Shown piece by piece: positions 12,836 to 26,519 of a DNA stretch of 64,000 bases. Every line of letters begins with the position of its first letter. Positions within the stretch are counted from its first letter, which is position 1. The DNA is from Lama guanicoe (Eukaryota): contig MU054187.1 of the NCBI GenBank assembly GCA_013239625.1, positions 2,551,757 through 2,615,756 on the forward strand, written 5' to 3'. Below the pieces are notes generated by a model, which ran no database searches, had not been told where the DNA came from, and saw nothing but the letters and a program-made list of their open reading frames with translations. Position numbers and translations under genes: made by a program.

Positions 12836-13785
12836 TATTTTTTAGGCTGGTAATTCTTGATAAATGCCTAGAAACTTGATGGAAATGGAACAGAATTGAA
12901 GCGATGTGATGTTCGTAAACAAATCTTTACTGTATCATACGTCTGCGGTGCATAACTTTGACTACTGCTATGACTATTATTTTTAATTAATTTATAAACC
13001 TTCAGTATGCTTGGGGAAAATGCATGAGAGTTTTATGTTAAAAATGGCTCAGATACATTTTAATTATTACTGTTACTGAAGGGCTAAAGGGAGCCCTATG
13101 ACCTCAGGCAGGGAACTGATCTCATCAGATCAGAATCTATTGTGAAGTCAGTGCTGAACGTAGTCTTTAAAAAAAATGAAAATTTTTAACAAAAAAGGCA
13201 TCAGAAGGTTTGAAAAAAGAGCCAAAAGACTTTCCAGACATCAAATAACTCTTACAAGTCAGTTGACTTAGAAGGAGAAACCCTTATTTCATTATGCATG
13301 GGTTCAGTGGTCAAGAGCCAGGAAAGTGAGATTTTATGAGCAGAGGGTCCGTGTCAGGAAGTTTGCTCACCTGGATGCTCGGTGTGTATTTTTAAGATGT
13401 TTAATTTTACTTTATTCTATCTGTGGTGTTTCATCCCCTCTGAGATGGGGACAACTATTACAAATTATTTCAAATCATTCTACTACTCACTATTGGCCAT
13501 CTAATTAATGAGTGCCCATCAGACACTTGCTCACTTTCTTCCTGAGTTATCTTTATGTTTCTTCCTGATTTGGAATCCTTACGTTCTTGACTTAGGCCCT
13601 TTGTTGTTGTTTTAAATTTATTTGAAGTATTTTATTTATTTTTAAAATTTTGATTGGGGAAGATAATTAGGTTTATTTATTTGTTTATTTATTTATTTTT
13701 ACTGAAGTACAGTCAGTTACAATGTGTCAATTTCTGGTGTACAGATGAATATATGTATGTATGTGCATGACTGAGACATTGTGCT

Positions 13786-13881
13786 GTATTTATTTATTTT
13801 TTTAATGGAGGCACTGGGGATTGAACCCAGGACCTCATGCATGCTAGGCACGCGCTGTACCACTGAGCTATACCCTCCACC
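13786..13881 (-). mobile_element. tRNA-derived SINE
   Basis: Same A-box/B-box head and AT tail. Confidence 0.9.
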
Positions 13882-13949
13882 CTTTGTTGTTTATGTATGT
13901 CGCAAGTATCTTCTACTCTCTGACTTATATTTTCATTCACTGATTCGTG

Positions 13950-15700
13950 TCTTTGATAAGCAGAAATTTTTATTTTTATGTGGTCCAATGTATAAAATCT
14001 TTTCTTTTATCATTTGTGCTCTTTATGTGTTTAACAACACATTTGCTGATGGCAGGCCATGAAACTTCTGCTATGCTGTCTTCTAGATATTTTACTGTTT
14101 TCCTTTCATATTTTAATCTAAAGTCTTTTTGGAGTTTAGTTTTAGATCTTATGTGAGACTTCTCCCATATGGATGTGCCACTGCCTGGGCGTAATTCATT
14201 GGGAAGACTGTTCCTTCCTCACCACTCTGCAGTGTACTCCTTCCCAAATAGCAGAGGTTGGACATATAAAGGTCTCTCTTTGGCTATTGATTCTATTCCA
14301 CTGGTCTTTTTTTCTATCTTTGTATCAGCATCACATTGTCTGGATTATTGTAGTTTCTTAAAAGTTTCATATCTGGTAGAGCAGATCTTTTCACCTTGTA
14401 CTTCTCCTTCAAGATCTTGGCTTTTCCTAGTCCTTAGCCCTCTATTTTAATTAGTCTCTCAAGCTACACACACACACACACAGGCCTTTGGGATTTCAAC
14501 AGGCACTGCAGTTAATCTCTGGATGATTTAGGGGAAGAACTGACGTTTTTACAGCATTGAGTCTTCCAATCCATGAACATGGTATACCCCTCCATTTATT
14601 TATGTCTTCTCCAGTTTCTCTGAGTAATGGTTACAATCTTCTGTCTTGTGCTTTTCTATTAGAAATATATCTAGCCACTTGATGTTTTAATGCTGTTGCA
14701 AATGGTATATTAAAAATATTTTCTAGCTCCTTTTACTGATTTAGAGAACTGTAATTGGTTTTTGTCTGTTGACCTTGTATCCAGCAGCCAATCTTACTTA
14801 TTTTTTTAAAAGTCTTTTTATTATAAAAACTTCTGAACAGATACAAAAATAGGTAGAAGGCTATAGCAGACTCCCTGTACCTATCACCCAACTTCAGCCA
14901 TTCTCAAATCAAATCATACACTCTTATTTCGCTTACCCACCTCCCGTTTCCAGAAGACACAAAATATTTTCTGGGATGTGCACCCCTGATGTCCTATTCA
15001 TTTCATTTATATCTGTGTCAGTATTGATGGAATTTATTAGTTCTAAACATGTATATGTAAGATCCTTTGGCTTTTCTTCACACAAAAAGCATTACTTGTA
15101 AATAAGATTTGTATTTCTTATTTCCTTTACACATGCATTTTACTCACGTCTTTTCTTGCCTTGCCAACCTGGTTAGAGCACCAGTACAGTAGAAGTAGTG
15201 ATAGAACATCCGTGTCTTATTCCAGTCCCGGAAGGCAAGCTTTCAACCTTTCACCACCACGTCTGGTGTTTGCTGTAGGGTTTTTGTCAATACCCTTTGG
15301 TTGATGAAGGAAGTTCTTCTCTATTTTTAGTTTGCCAAGAGTTTTTATCGACAATGGGCATTGCGTTTCTTCAACTGCTTTTTTTCTGCGTATATTGAGA
15401 TATTTGTATGATTTTTTTCTCCTCTATTCTGTTAATTTTGTAACTATTTCATTTAGTGATTACTTGGTTGGCTAATTGATTTTTAAATATTAAACTGATC
15501 TTGCATTCATGAACTGTCTTTAGTTAAGTGCAAAATATTATCTTTTTTCCATATTGCTGGAATGAGTTTATTAATATTTGGTTTAGAAAGGTACAAGTGA
15601 GATGGCCTCATGATTTTCCTGTTTTTATAGTATCCCTGTCATTTTTCGGAACTGGAGTTATACCAACCCCCTATGAAAAAGTTAGGGTAGTGAAAGAGTG
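13950..15700 (-). mobile_element. Old L1M internal fragment
   Basis: Antisense ORF2 blocks such as ttgagtcttccaatccatgaacatggtat and gaaggaagttcttctctatttttagtttg. Confidence 0.7.
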
Positions 15701-16119
15701 TGTGCTTAGAAGAATTTTTCAAGGTGTGAAAGAGCACAGGTCAAAACTTTTTCAGTTCCTTTTGAAAAGTTTGTTAGTGCAGCAAAGGTAGGCAAAGCAA
15801 ATTTCTGTTGTTCTTTGTTTTTCACATCAAACCTTAAGAGGTTATGGCTTTCTGTGTCAGCCTATGAAATAGCCTCTTTGGAATGCTCTAAAATCTTCAG
15901 AAAAATACATCTGTAAAACTCCTTATGCCAGTGTCCTAGACCTCACTTGAAAGCTCAGATGTGATGCTAACGTGTTGAATACACCATTATTGTTAGTTGA
16001 AGATTCCGTCAGTATGCACACATTGGGGCAGACTTCAGCATAATTTAGTATTTTCCCCCCTTTGTCAGGGCTGAATACAGATCCATTAGCTGCCTCGGTA
16101 TTGATCCTTTTTAAAAAAA

Positions 16120-16640
16120 TCATGGTAAAATATACATAAATTAAAATTTACCATCTTAACTACTTTTTGATGTATAGTTCATGGTATTAAGTACATGCAC
16201 ATTGTTGTACAACCATCACCACCATCCACCTCTGGAAATCGTTCATCATCCCAAATTGAAACTCCGTCCCCTATTCAATGCTGACTCCCATCCCTCCTTC
16301 ACCAGCCGCTGGGAATCACTGTTCCACTTTGCGTGTCTGTGAACTCAACCACTCTGAACACCTCATTTCAGTGGAATCATTCAGTATTTGTCCTTCTGTG
16401 GCTGGTGTTTTTCACCTAGCATTGTGTCCACAAGGTTCTTCTGTGTTGTAGCATGTGTCAGAACTTTCTTCCTTTAAGGCTGAGTAATATTCCACCATAG
16501 GTATAGGCCACATTTTGTTTATCTATCCATCCATGGACTCTTGGGTTGCTTCCACCTCTGGGCTATTGTGAATAATGCTGCTGTGAACACAGGTGTACAC
16601 ATATTTGTTTGAATCCCTGTTTTCCATGATTTTGGGTGTG
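16120..16640 (-). mobile_element. L1MB-type 3' end
   Basis: aaaatttaccatcttaac...ggctattgtgaataatgctgctgtgaac. Confidence 0.85.
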
Positions 16641-16739
16641 TATAAATTTGTTTCTTGAGTCTAGAAAAAGTTATTTTCAGTTTAGTTACGCCCACTAATT
16701 GAACACTTTCAAGTTATGTGGAAGATGTCAGTGACAAAT

Positions 16740-17161
16740 AGAGCAGATTCTGGCTGGTGGGGGGGGGGCTACAGGTCTGATGGAGGAGGATTGCTCAGAA
16801 TGCTGATGCCGGTTCGTGTTCTGGTCGTACCCATCAGGCCAGTGGTTTTCATCGATGACTTGTAGCACATTAGCTCGGGACCTGAGCCCAACAATAGCAG
16901 GAGATCTGAATTCTCATTTTTCGCTGTAGCCAAAAATTAAAAGTCGGCGTAAGAGCAGATTCTGGCTGGTGGGGGGGGGCTACAGGTCTGATGGAGGAGG
17001 ATTGCTCAGAATGCTGATGCCGGTTCGTGTTCTGGTCGTACCCATCAGGCCAGTGGTTTTCATCGATGACTTGTAGCACATTAGCTCGGGACCTGAGCCC
17101 AACAATAGCAGGAGATCTGAATTCTCATTTTTCGCTGTAGCCAAAAATTAAAAGTCGGCGT
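16740..17161 (+). repeat. Near-perfect ~211-bp tandem duplication
   Basis: 16740-16950 and 16952-17161 are identical except for a G10 versus G9 homopolymer. Confidence 0.97.
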
Positions 17162-17269
17162 TACGGAGTCAGACAGCCCAGCTCTGCTGCTTAATCGCTG
17201 TGTTACCTGAAGCCACTGACTGCCCTCCCTGTGGAACGGGCTTGGTGCTGCCGCACTTGGTGTGGTGGT

Positions 17270-18130
17270 GTCACTGTGGGCCCTGGCAGGGGCCTCTCGG
17301 GGTGGCCGGCACAGGTGACCTCGCAAGGAGCGACGTGGGGGCCCCGCCCGGGCTCCCGAGCTGGGATCCCCGCCCCCGCCCCCTTGGAGCCAGAGGCCGA
17401 CCTGCGCCCATCCGCAGCGGGGCTGGCCGGGGGGCGGAGGGGCCGGCCGCGCTCAGTATCAGCCCTGGACAAGGGTTGTTATTTTTCCTGTCATGTTTGT
17501 TGGGGTCCAGCTCCAGTTTGTTTTTCTTGCAGAAAGGCAGGAAGGCCAATTTGGAACACACACAACTCACATGTCATCGGCGGTGGCTCGCCCAGCGCCT
17601 GGCATTGGCTCCCTGACAGTTAAAAGGCGCGGGTGGGCGAGCCCCGGGAACAAGGAAGGGGAGGGAGAAGGCGAGATGCTTATCTGCGGCCTCGCGGGGC
17701 CCCATTCTTCTCGGCCGCGCCTCCCCCGGGACCGGGCCAGCCCCCGCCCCCCGCGCTCCGCGCCGCGGCCGCCCCTCCCTCGCCCGAGCGCGCGGGGGAG
17801 CGTCCCGCCCGCCCTCGGGACGGGCCTTCCGGCTCCGGGAGCCCCGCAGCCGGCGGGAGGCCGGGCCGGGCGGGGAGAGAGCAGTTAACACTGTGGACCC
17901 GAGAGGTCGTGCGGTGACGGGAGCGGAGCTGGGTGGGAAGTGCTGGGGGGCTCCCCACGGGGCGTCCCCGGGCCTTAAAGCGCGCGCTGGTGGGTGCGGG
18001 AGGCTCGGTGCGCGCGGCCCTGGCCTGGCGTGTGAGGGTGCTCGCGGTCCTCGAGATGCACCCCAGCCCCGCAGACTGATGAGGGGCCCCCTCGTTCCGG
18101 GGGGCGCGTCCTTACAGCTGGGTAAAATTG
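17270..18130. promoter_or_regulatory. CpG island, candidate promoter or enhancer
   Basis: GC- and CpG-rich with multiple GGGCGG/CCGCCC boxes and G-runs. Confidence 0.7.
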
Positions 18131-18211
18131 GAAATTAAAAAATACGTGAACAATGACATTTCCAAAATCAGGCTCCCTCAGTCAGTCTATTAGCAACTCT
18201 TTTCGGGATGA

Positions 18212-18345
18212 GGGGAGGATACAGCTCAGGGGTAGAGCGTGTGCTTAGCGGGCCGAGATCCTGGGTCCACGAGATCCTGGTCCTGGGTACCTCCATTCAG
18301 AAAAGGAAATAAATGAACCTCATTACCTGCCCTCCCCACCAAAAC
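18212..18345 (+). mobile_element. tRNA-derived SINE (degenerate)
   Basis: ggggaggatacagctcaggggtagagcgtgtgcttagc... Confidence 0.8.
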
Positions 18346-19199
18346 ACACAAAACAACAACAAAAGTTTTAAAAAGTCAAAAACAAACAAACCTAATCCCC
18401 CCCCATAAACTTCCGAAAATTTAAAAAAAAAACACCTATTTTGGGGAGTCAGTACCTTTGAGGGTATTTAGCTCCGAGGTATCAGTGCTCTCACCTGTAA
18501 CATGGCTAATGGTTGGCTTTGCTTTGCAGGGGTTTGAGGGCTGGGCGTAGCACAACCCTACCCCTAGTAGTCACCCCACAAATGACAGCTGTTTTGTGAT
18601 TTCCTGTGTCCTCATCATTTCTTTTTTTTTTTTTTTTAATGACGGTGGTTGTAGTTAGAAGAGAAGTGAGAGTCATGGTTTTCAAGTTGTCTTTGAAAAG
18701 TTACACTTTACCTGGTGGTGTAAGATCAGCACATTAAACATTCAAAAAAATTTTTGTTGAATTAACTAATACCTTTGTGGTCATTTCTCTTTTGTGTATT
18801 TTATCCTCCAACTGCACGATAAGGCAGCAGCCTCGTCTTCCATTTCCTTGAGACAAAATCTGTCTTTCCTGTCAGCGTTCTGTCGTGTTGAAGCTGCTGC
18901 TTATGTGGATTCTGCTTGACAGCCCCCCACCCCCGTCCTCTAATGCGTTTTACTTGCTTGTCAAGCTGGTCACAAGCCCGTGCCAGAGGCAGTGGGTCCG
19001 TGTCCACAGCTAGCCGCAGCACTGCCCACCCCACAGGCCCTTGTTCAGTGTGCCCTGACTGCTTGTTGAGAGGTGGTGTCTCCTCCTCATCACCTGGAAC
19101 CCCGGCCGGCCCTGGGACTGCTTGGACCAATGGACCGCAGCGGAAGTATGTTCTGGGACTGGCAAGCCCGGGTGTGAAGGATGGTTTCTGTGCTGCTGT

Positions 19200-19490
19200 T
19201 CTTGGAAGTCCAGGAGGCAGCTGTCTGGCTATCAGGGAGACCCTGCAGAGAGGGATACCGAGAGGCAGAGGGCCCAAAACCATATAGAAAGAGAAGGTCA
19301 GCTGTTCCCTGCCGCCCTGGCCGTCGCTGACCTGCTAGGCGCGTGCATCTGAGTGGCAGATCAGCCCACAAGCAAGGCCAGCCCACAACCTAGCCTGGCC
19401 CAGGCTGCAAAATCACGAGCAAATCAATGGTGACTATTTTAAGCTACTAAGTTTTAGGGTGTTTTCTTCTGCACGACAGCTGATCAGAAC
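19200..19490 (+). mobile_element. MLT1-type MaLR LTR remnant
   Basis: 3' end ttttaagctactaagttttagggtg typical of MLT1. Confidence 0.6.
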
Positions 19491-19954
19491 GTCAGATAAA
19501 CTAATGTTGAATCTTTGTTGAATTATTTTCAAATGTTTAGTGAGAGTGGTTTTTGATTCATACAACTTTAGTTTATTAAAGGTGATCTTGTGAAGACTGA
19601 ATATGTGACAATTTTATAAGCACTGTGTTTTTCTAGGTATACCAATCTTTCTTGTGATTTAATTCTCCATTTCTTTTTCCTGGTCATTTTACATTAAAAT
19701 ACAAGGTAGTTTCAAAGTGTTGGTCCCAGCTGATCGTAGTATAAATGTTAGCCATATTGAGAGTTTTTAATGATTGTTTCCCTCTATTTAAACTTAGTAA
19801 ATGGTATGTTTTTAATTTTGATGGAAATATTCACAGTAAAAAAAAAAGTTTAAAAAAAAAACATGTGAAAGTGCTTTGAGCTCCCAAGAAGCAAAATAAG
19901 TGTAAATGCAGCCTAAAACAGAATGATCATTGTTTTCCTCTTTTTATTTTATTT

Positions 19955-20460
19955 TTGTAATTGTGGTAGAATACACGTAACATAAAATTTACCATCTTAA
20001 CCATTTTTAGTATTAACCATTTACTGTCCAGTTCGGTAGCATTAAATGCACCTACACAGTTGTCCAGCCGTCATCACCATCCATCTCGGGACGTCTTCAT
20101 CTTCCCAGACTGGAAGTCTGTTCCCGTCAAACACTCACTCCTGTTTTCCTCTTCTCAGCCCCCAGCCCCCACCATTCTACTTCCTGTCTCCATGAGTGTT
20201 TTACTCTAAGTACCTCACATAAGTGGAATCCTGTAGTGTTTGTCCTTCTGTCATTAGCTCGAGGTTCATCTACATTGTAGGATGTGACAGAATTCTCCTT
20301 TCAAAGGCTGAGTAATATTCCATGGTATGGATGGACCCCATTTTGTTTATCCATTCACCCATCAGTGGACACTGTGTTGCTTCCACCTCTTAGCTGTTGT
20401 GAATAATGCAGCTATGAACATGGGTGTGCAGATATCTCTTTGAGTCCTTGCTCTCAATAT
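19955..20460 (-). mobile_element. L1MB-type 3' end
   Basis: aacataaaatttaccatcttaacc...gaataatgcagctatgaacatggg. Confidence 0.85.
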
Positions 20461-20484
20461 ACCTCTTAAAAAATTTTTTTTAGA

Positions 20485-20595
20485 GGTGGAGGGTATAGCT
20501 CAGTGGTAGAGCACATGCTTGGCGTTCACAAGGTCCTGGGTTTAATCCCTGGTATCTCCATTTAAAAAATAAACAGATAAATAATGACCTCCCCC
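20485..20595 (+). mobile_element. tRNA-derived SINE
   Basis: ggagggtatagctcagtggtagagc...gtcctgggtttaatccc. Confidence 0.9.
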
Positions 20596-22589
20596 TAGAA
20601 AAAATTTAAAAATTTTATAGAAAGGGAAACACACGCACAAAAATGTTTGAGGTGTAGCGTGACAAATAAAAATGCCTATATTTCTCATTTTCCTCTTTTA
20701 AGGAAAAGCATTTCGTACATGGTTTCTGCTTTCCATTGACCTCTCGCTGGGTTTTTTTGTTTCTTTATTTATTTTGTTTTTGTGTTAACACATAGTTTTA
20801 TGGCACTTGATAAAGGTAAGATATTTAAGTCAGCAGGGTTAAATTCAAGTCACTTCATTAAAAATTTTCTTTAAATCACCAAGTTTCTGTGAGACCTGGG
20901 TGAGTTCCCTTGCCTGTCCGTGATTCTGGTCCTCGTATGTAACAGTGGGGGACAACGCCAGGCTGTGGCTGCTGGTAAGGACGGATGAGCTGATGTGGGT
21001 AAGGGCCGGGCACGGGGGGCGGTGCTGACAGGTTAAGTCCGCTCTCGGCCCCCACCAGCTTTATCGAGGTGTAGTTGGCAAACAAAAAGTGCGCATGTTT
21101 AAGGTGTGCAGTTGATGCTTTATATACATGTGCACCGTGAAGCAGTCACCACAGTCAGGCTAATTCCCGTGTCCGCTTCCTCCGATAGTTGTCTTGTGTG
21201 TGTGGAGGGGTGAGAACTCTTAATTCTTGGCAGGTTTCAGCCTTACAAGGCAGTGATGTTAACCACAGTCATGTTGCTGGACTTCAGCACCCCAGAACTT
21301 AGTGATCTTGCACAGCTAAAACTCTGAACCCCTTGACGGCCAGCATCTCCCCATGTCCCCTCCCCGCCCCCCCAGCCCCTGGCAGCCTCATTCTGTCCTC
21401 TGCTTCTGTGTAAGATCAGTGCTGAGTTGGTTACTGCAGGGTCTTCCTGGCTCAGGAGGCCCCCCAGCCATTCTGCTGCCTCAGACATTGCCTCAGCCTC
21501 TCGACTGGACTGGATGCACAGGAGGAGGTGGTATAATTTCTGGGTTATAGGCCGCACTCTCACGATTCTTTGCATATCCAGCAATTTTTCACTGCGTGCT
21601 GAGCGTTCGGGAGGATGTATGTTCAGGGCTGTTCGATGATGCCGTCTTCCTTTAAAGACTATTGAGTTCCTGAAAAAGAATATGCAGACGAATGTGTGCG
21701 TGTGCGCACGACTGGGGCATTGTGCTGCACACCAGAAGTTGACACATTGTAACTGACTAGACTTCAATTTTGAAAAAAAGATTATTGAGTTTTAATTCTA
21801 GCAAGTGGTTAATAGTGGGGCCTCTTGATCCTACCAGGTGAGTCTGTTTCTGTTTGGCCTGCGTCCTGGAGTCTGGTCCTCATTCCTGGACATGTTCTCT
21901 ACTCAGAAGGCGTGACCTTCCTGGGAGCTGAGTTGAATGCCTGCGGCTGTGGGAATCCAGCTTCTCCCTGACCTGGGGGCCCCCGTGGAGCTCTCCTCTG
22001 CAGCGCCTCTGGGAACTCGCTCTGTGCTGCTGGGGTCCAGCTGCCAGCCCAGGCCAGGGGCGGCCCTCACTTAGATTCTGCCATCCCCTCTCCCTCGTCC
22101 CTGCCCCCACGAATTCCAGCCGCCCCCGCTGCCCCAACCGCCTCCATCTGCCTCTACTTACGTTGTAGAGGTCAGGGCTGTGTGCTTGGGTTCCACTCCC
22201 TGCATTGCCGTCCGATGTTACCCTGGGCTGAAAGCCAGCGTGAACTGGGGCTCATTTCGAGTATTTCCCTTTTCTCAAGGATTGCCACCCCCTGCTTCCT
22301 GTTGTCCAGGGCTGGAAGACATTTGGTTTATATACATGGACAGTTTACTAGTCATCTGCGGTGGGAAGCTAGGGCTGGTACGAGGTACTCGGCCAGAAGT
22401 GGAAGCTGGGAGTCTGAATCTTGGCAGAAGCAGCAAAGCCTTAGGCTAGGAGCACTCAGGTGGGATTTACCTCTGTGGTGTGTACGATTTCTACACTGTT
22501 CTGCCTAGCTCGATGCGCTTCTGTTTGCATAAGATGGTACCTTCTATAGCCTAAAGGAATTTTAAAAATCTTTTCAGCTCTTATTTTAG

Positions 22590-23282
22590 TTTTATTTTAT
22601 TTTCAAATTGAAGTACAGTTGATTCACAATGTTGTGTTCATTTTTCGTACAGCATAGTGATTTGGTTATGCATGTTCTTTTTCATTACAGGTTATTATAA
22701 GATATCGAATATAGTTCCCTGTGCTGTACAGTAGGATCTTGTTGTTTATCTGTTTTATGTATGGTAGTTTGTATCTGCTAATTCCAAACTCCTGATTTAT
22801 CCCCCTCCTTTCCCCTTTGGTAAACATAAATTCGTTTTCTATGTCTGTGACTCTGTTTCTGTTTGGTCAGTGAGTTCATTTGTATCTTTTTTTAAGAGTC
22901 CACATATAATTGATATCATTTGTTTTTTTCTGTCTGACTTACTTCACTTAGCATGATCATCTCTAGGTCCATCCATGTTGCTGCAAATAGCATTATTTTA
23001 TTCTTTTTTATGGCTGAGTAGTATTCCATTGTATATGTATACCACATTTTGTTTATCCAGTCATCTGTTGAAAGACATTTGGGTTGCTTCCATGGCTTGG
23101 CTGTTGTAAATAGTGCTGCTGTGAACATTGGGGAGCATGTATCTTTTCGAATTAGAGTTCCCTGAGGATATATGCCCAGGAGTAGGGTTGCTGGATGATA
23201 TGGTAAGTCTATTTTTAGTTTTTAAAGGAATCTCCATACTGTTTTCCATAGTGGCTGCACCAAATGACATTCCCACCAACTC
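22590..23282 (-). mobile_element. 5'-truncated L1
   Basis: [18 protein letters not shown]...MEYYSAIKKN ORF2 C-terminus. Confidence 0.92.
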
Positions 23283-23569
23283 AGCTCTTACTTTTAGAGA
23301 TAAGAGGACTGGAATCTCAAAGGGTAGAGATTTGTCAAGGTCAGAAGCTGGGGGAAGGGCAGAGCTGGGTTCCCTTCTTGGACATGGTACTTCCCATGGA
23401 GGCAGGACGGCTCGCTCGCTCTTCTTATCTTCCCGTTTCTTGTCTTTGACTCTTGTCGGTAGAGAGCAATGAGAAGCTAGCTGCCGAGGGAGTTGGGGAA
23501 ATGTGGTTTTCGGAGTCCCAGCCAACCTCTGAATCACTGAGCTGTATGGCAGGTCCTCAAAAAAAAAAT

Positions 23570-24130
23570 TAAATCTAGAATTATTATATGAGCCAGTAAT
23601 TCTACTTCTGGGTATACTCCCCAAAGAACTGGAAGCAGGGAACCAAATAGAGGCTTGTACATCCATGTGCATGGCAGCATTGTTCACAGCAGCCAGAGGT
23701 GGCAGCCACCCAAGTGTCCATCCGTGGATGAACGGATAAGCACATGTCGTTCATCCGTACAATGCAGTTGTAGCAAACCTTGCAAAGGAGGGAGATTCTG
23801 ATACAGGCTACAGAATGGATGGAACCTGAGGACTTCAAGCTAAGTGAAGTCAGCCGGTCACAGAAAGAGAAACACTGTATGATTCCACTGATACGAGGTT
23901 CCTAGAGGAATCCGGTTCATAGAGACAGAGAGGAGGACGGCGGTTCACGGGACTCGGGAGAGGGAAGCAGGGAGCTACTGTTTAACGGGACAGAGTTCCA
24001 GCTTGGGAAGATGAAAAAGTTCTGGAGACTGATGGTGGTGACACAACAGTGTGAATATTCCTGACGCCACTGAGCTGCATGGCTGGAAACGGTTACGATG
24101 GCAAACTTCATGTTCTGTGTATTCTACCAC
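23570..24130 (+). mobile_element. L1MB-type 3' end
   Basis: gaagatgaaaaagttctggagactgatggtggtgac block. Confidence 0.8.
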
Positions 24131-24517
24131 GAGTAGAAGAAGAGTTACAGAGCAGAACATTGGGGGAGGGGGCGTGGGGCTGAGAGACACTGATCAGTCA
24201 CCCACACGATAGCTATAAGCGTCAGTCTTGCCCAGTCCTGGGGCAGTTTAGGTTGTCATCACTTTCTGCCACCGTCTGAATGTCGATGGGACAGTGTCCC
24301 AGCTCTCGGACCTGTGTGTTTGAGACATTGCATTAAGCTGTGGAGCATCAGAGAATCAGGACCCTTCCTCGTGGGCCAGGTGGGGCTCCCGACTCCTAAA
24401 GGAGGAGGCGCAGAGTCCTTCACGTGGTGCCACGTGAAAACACGCCAGGCCCTGGACCCATTCTACAGAAATGGCCCCCTTGCCGGGACACTTACAAGGG
24501 CGAACTCTGTTTAAATA

Positions 24518-24747
24518 CAGCTGAGCCTTCAATAACACGGGTTTGAGCTGCGCGGGTCCACCTACATGCAGATTTTTGGATAAATAACCCACTTTGGTGC
24601 TGCAGGGTGGGTTGGTTGAATCTGCTGATGGGGATGAGGAACTGGGACACGGGGGACCGACTCTGAGGTTATACGTGGTCTTTGATGGAGTTTGGGGTGG
24701 CCCCAGTCATCTCCCCACCCGGCCCCGCCTTGGTCAAAGATCAGCTG
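24518..24747. mobile_element. Tigger2-derived MITE (TcMar)
   Basis: TA|cagctgagccttcaataacacgggtttgagctgcgcgggtccac left end and ...ttggtcaaagatcagctg inverted right end. Confidence 0.75.
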
Positions 24748-26519
24748 CTCACAGCCCACAAATGGTCGTGTGGGTTCCTCTGAGGTGGTGTCTGGCCCTC
24801 ACTCCCGGTGCATTAGGAGTCTTTGTCTTGGGGTCAGTACTGGCCTGAGTGGAAGCAGAGCTCTGGAGGCGGAGCGCCCTTGGTCCAGCTCTAGGATCTC
24901 TCTTCTCTCCCGAGTTCTGGTCGTTTTCATTGTTCCCCATCTAAAGTGTCGTCCTGCCCCCCCCGACAGTCTCAGACACCCCCAGCTCTGTCCTCGGCTG
25001 GGCTCTGCCGTCCAGGGGTTTCTCTGCTCACTTCTTCTCATGTGCTGCCCGTGGGGACCGTGCTCAGGTGACTTGCTGTCTGTGGCACGGGACACAGCAC
25101 AGAACCTCTCCGAGGTACCAGTGTCGTCTCTGTAAAGTAGGGTAACACTCATACCTCAGAGGCGTGCTGTGAGCATCAGAGAACAGCTGTGTGACAGTGC
25201 TTATAAACTGCAGGGGTGAGACACAAAATACCGCCGTCCGGTACCTTCTATTAACGGCTGAGCATTGTTGAGAACTGCTGTCTGTCACTCCATCCACCTC
25301 CCTTTCTGGCTGTTTGTATGTTTATCTATAGGACGGACACACACACACACAAGAGAGATATACAGACACATGCAACCGAGTCGACCTATTTATTTCTGTG
25401 TTCAGTGAGAGCCGAAGAGAGTATGTTTATCCCTCAAGGGCCAAATAAAATCCCTGGGCTCTGCACTGATGGGTCCTGTCCCAGAACCAAGTCCCGGGGC
25501 CAGAGTAGGGCCCCACGTTGACCTTGGGCTCCCTGAACCTTTTGACAGTCAAAGATCAATTTTGAGTCAATCAAGGATTCGATTTTTGGGAATCAGTGCC
25601 ACCCGAACTCCAACAGGGTGTCACGCGGAGGAGCAAAGGGGTGGAAACGTAGGGGCAGCAGTGTCCGCGGTGGCCTTTCACTGAAAGGCTGTCTCTGTGT
25701 ATTTATGTTCCTACGTATCGACACGTTCTTGTTCTGGAGAGAGTTCCGTCCATACGGAAGGAGCTGGGACACCTTGTTGCTCTTGCTTGGACGTTGATTC
25801 CACGCATGTGCGTCGGTGCAGGCCGAGTGGTATGGGTCCGATGTGAGTCCAGTGTTTCGTCTTGCATCTTAATACACTGCACGACTCAGAATTGACAAGA
25901 AAGGACTCCTGGCAGGTCAGAGATGTCCTCATGGAGTATGACTGAGACACGGGAATCGAACAGAGAATAAGCACTACGAAAAGAAAAAAACTTACCGTTC
26001 AGGTTAGGCCAGTGTATTCATCAACAGACGTGTACTGAACACTTGCCATGCTCCAGAAACTTCCAGGGAAGCAGTGAGGAGGGCGTGGAGGAGGGTCCAC
26101 TGTCTAGTAGACCAGCTGGTGTCCAGTGCTGTGCAGGGAAAGTTTAAAGCCTGGGATAGGACGCTGCTGTAGAGGGATCCAGGGTTTTGCAGAAGAGGTG
26201 AGGCCCGATGTCTGAGAGCCTCTCCTTACTGGTGCCCAGCGCAGAGCAGGGGAGGAAGGGCCTGGCCTGGGCCGCATGCTGCAGGGCCCTGGCATGTCGC
26301 AGACCTCTCTGAATCTCCACTTCCATTTGTAACGGGAAGGTAGCCCCCGTCCCTGGCTGTTATGATGAAGGTGGTGATAAATGCAGGGACGACCAGTTCC
26401 CAGCCTTCTCTCCCAGCACAAGAGACACAGAGGGCCCACAGAGCCCGTCTGAAGCCCTGACTGAAAGCCGCCCCTGTAAGAAGTCTGGGTGCTTGTCCAC
26501 GGGCAGATGCCTGCATAAA

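Noticed and set aside
17200..18138. Cluster of 80-140 aa ORFs
   Set aside because: GC-rich island artefacts (Pro/Gly/Arg/Ala-rich) in all frames.
20485..20560. tRNA-like sequences (here and about 12 other copies)
   Set aside because: They have SINE bodies, AT tails and diverged stems, so they are retroposons rather than tRNA genes.
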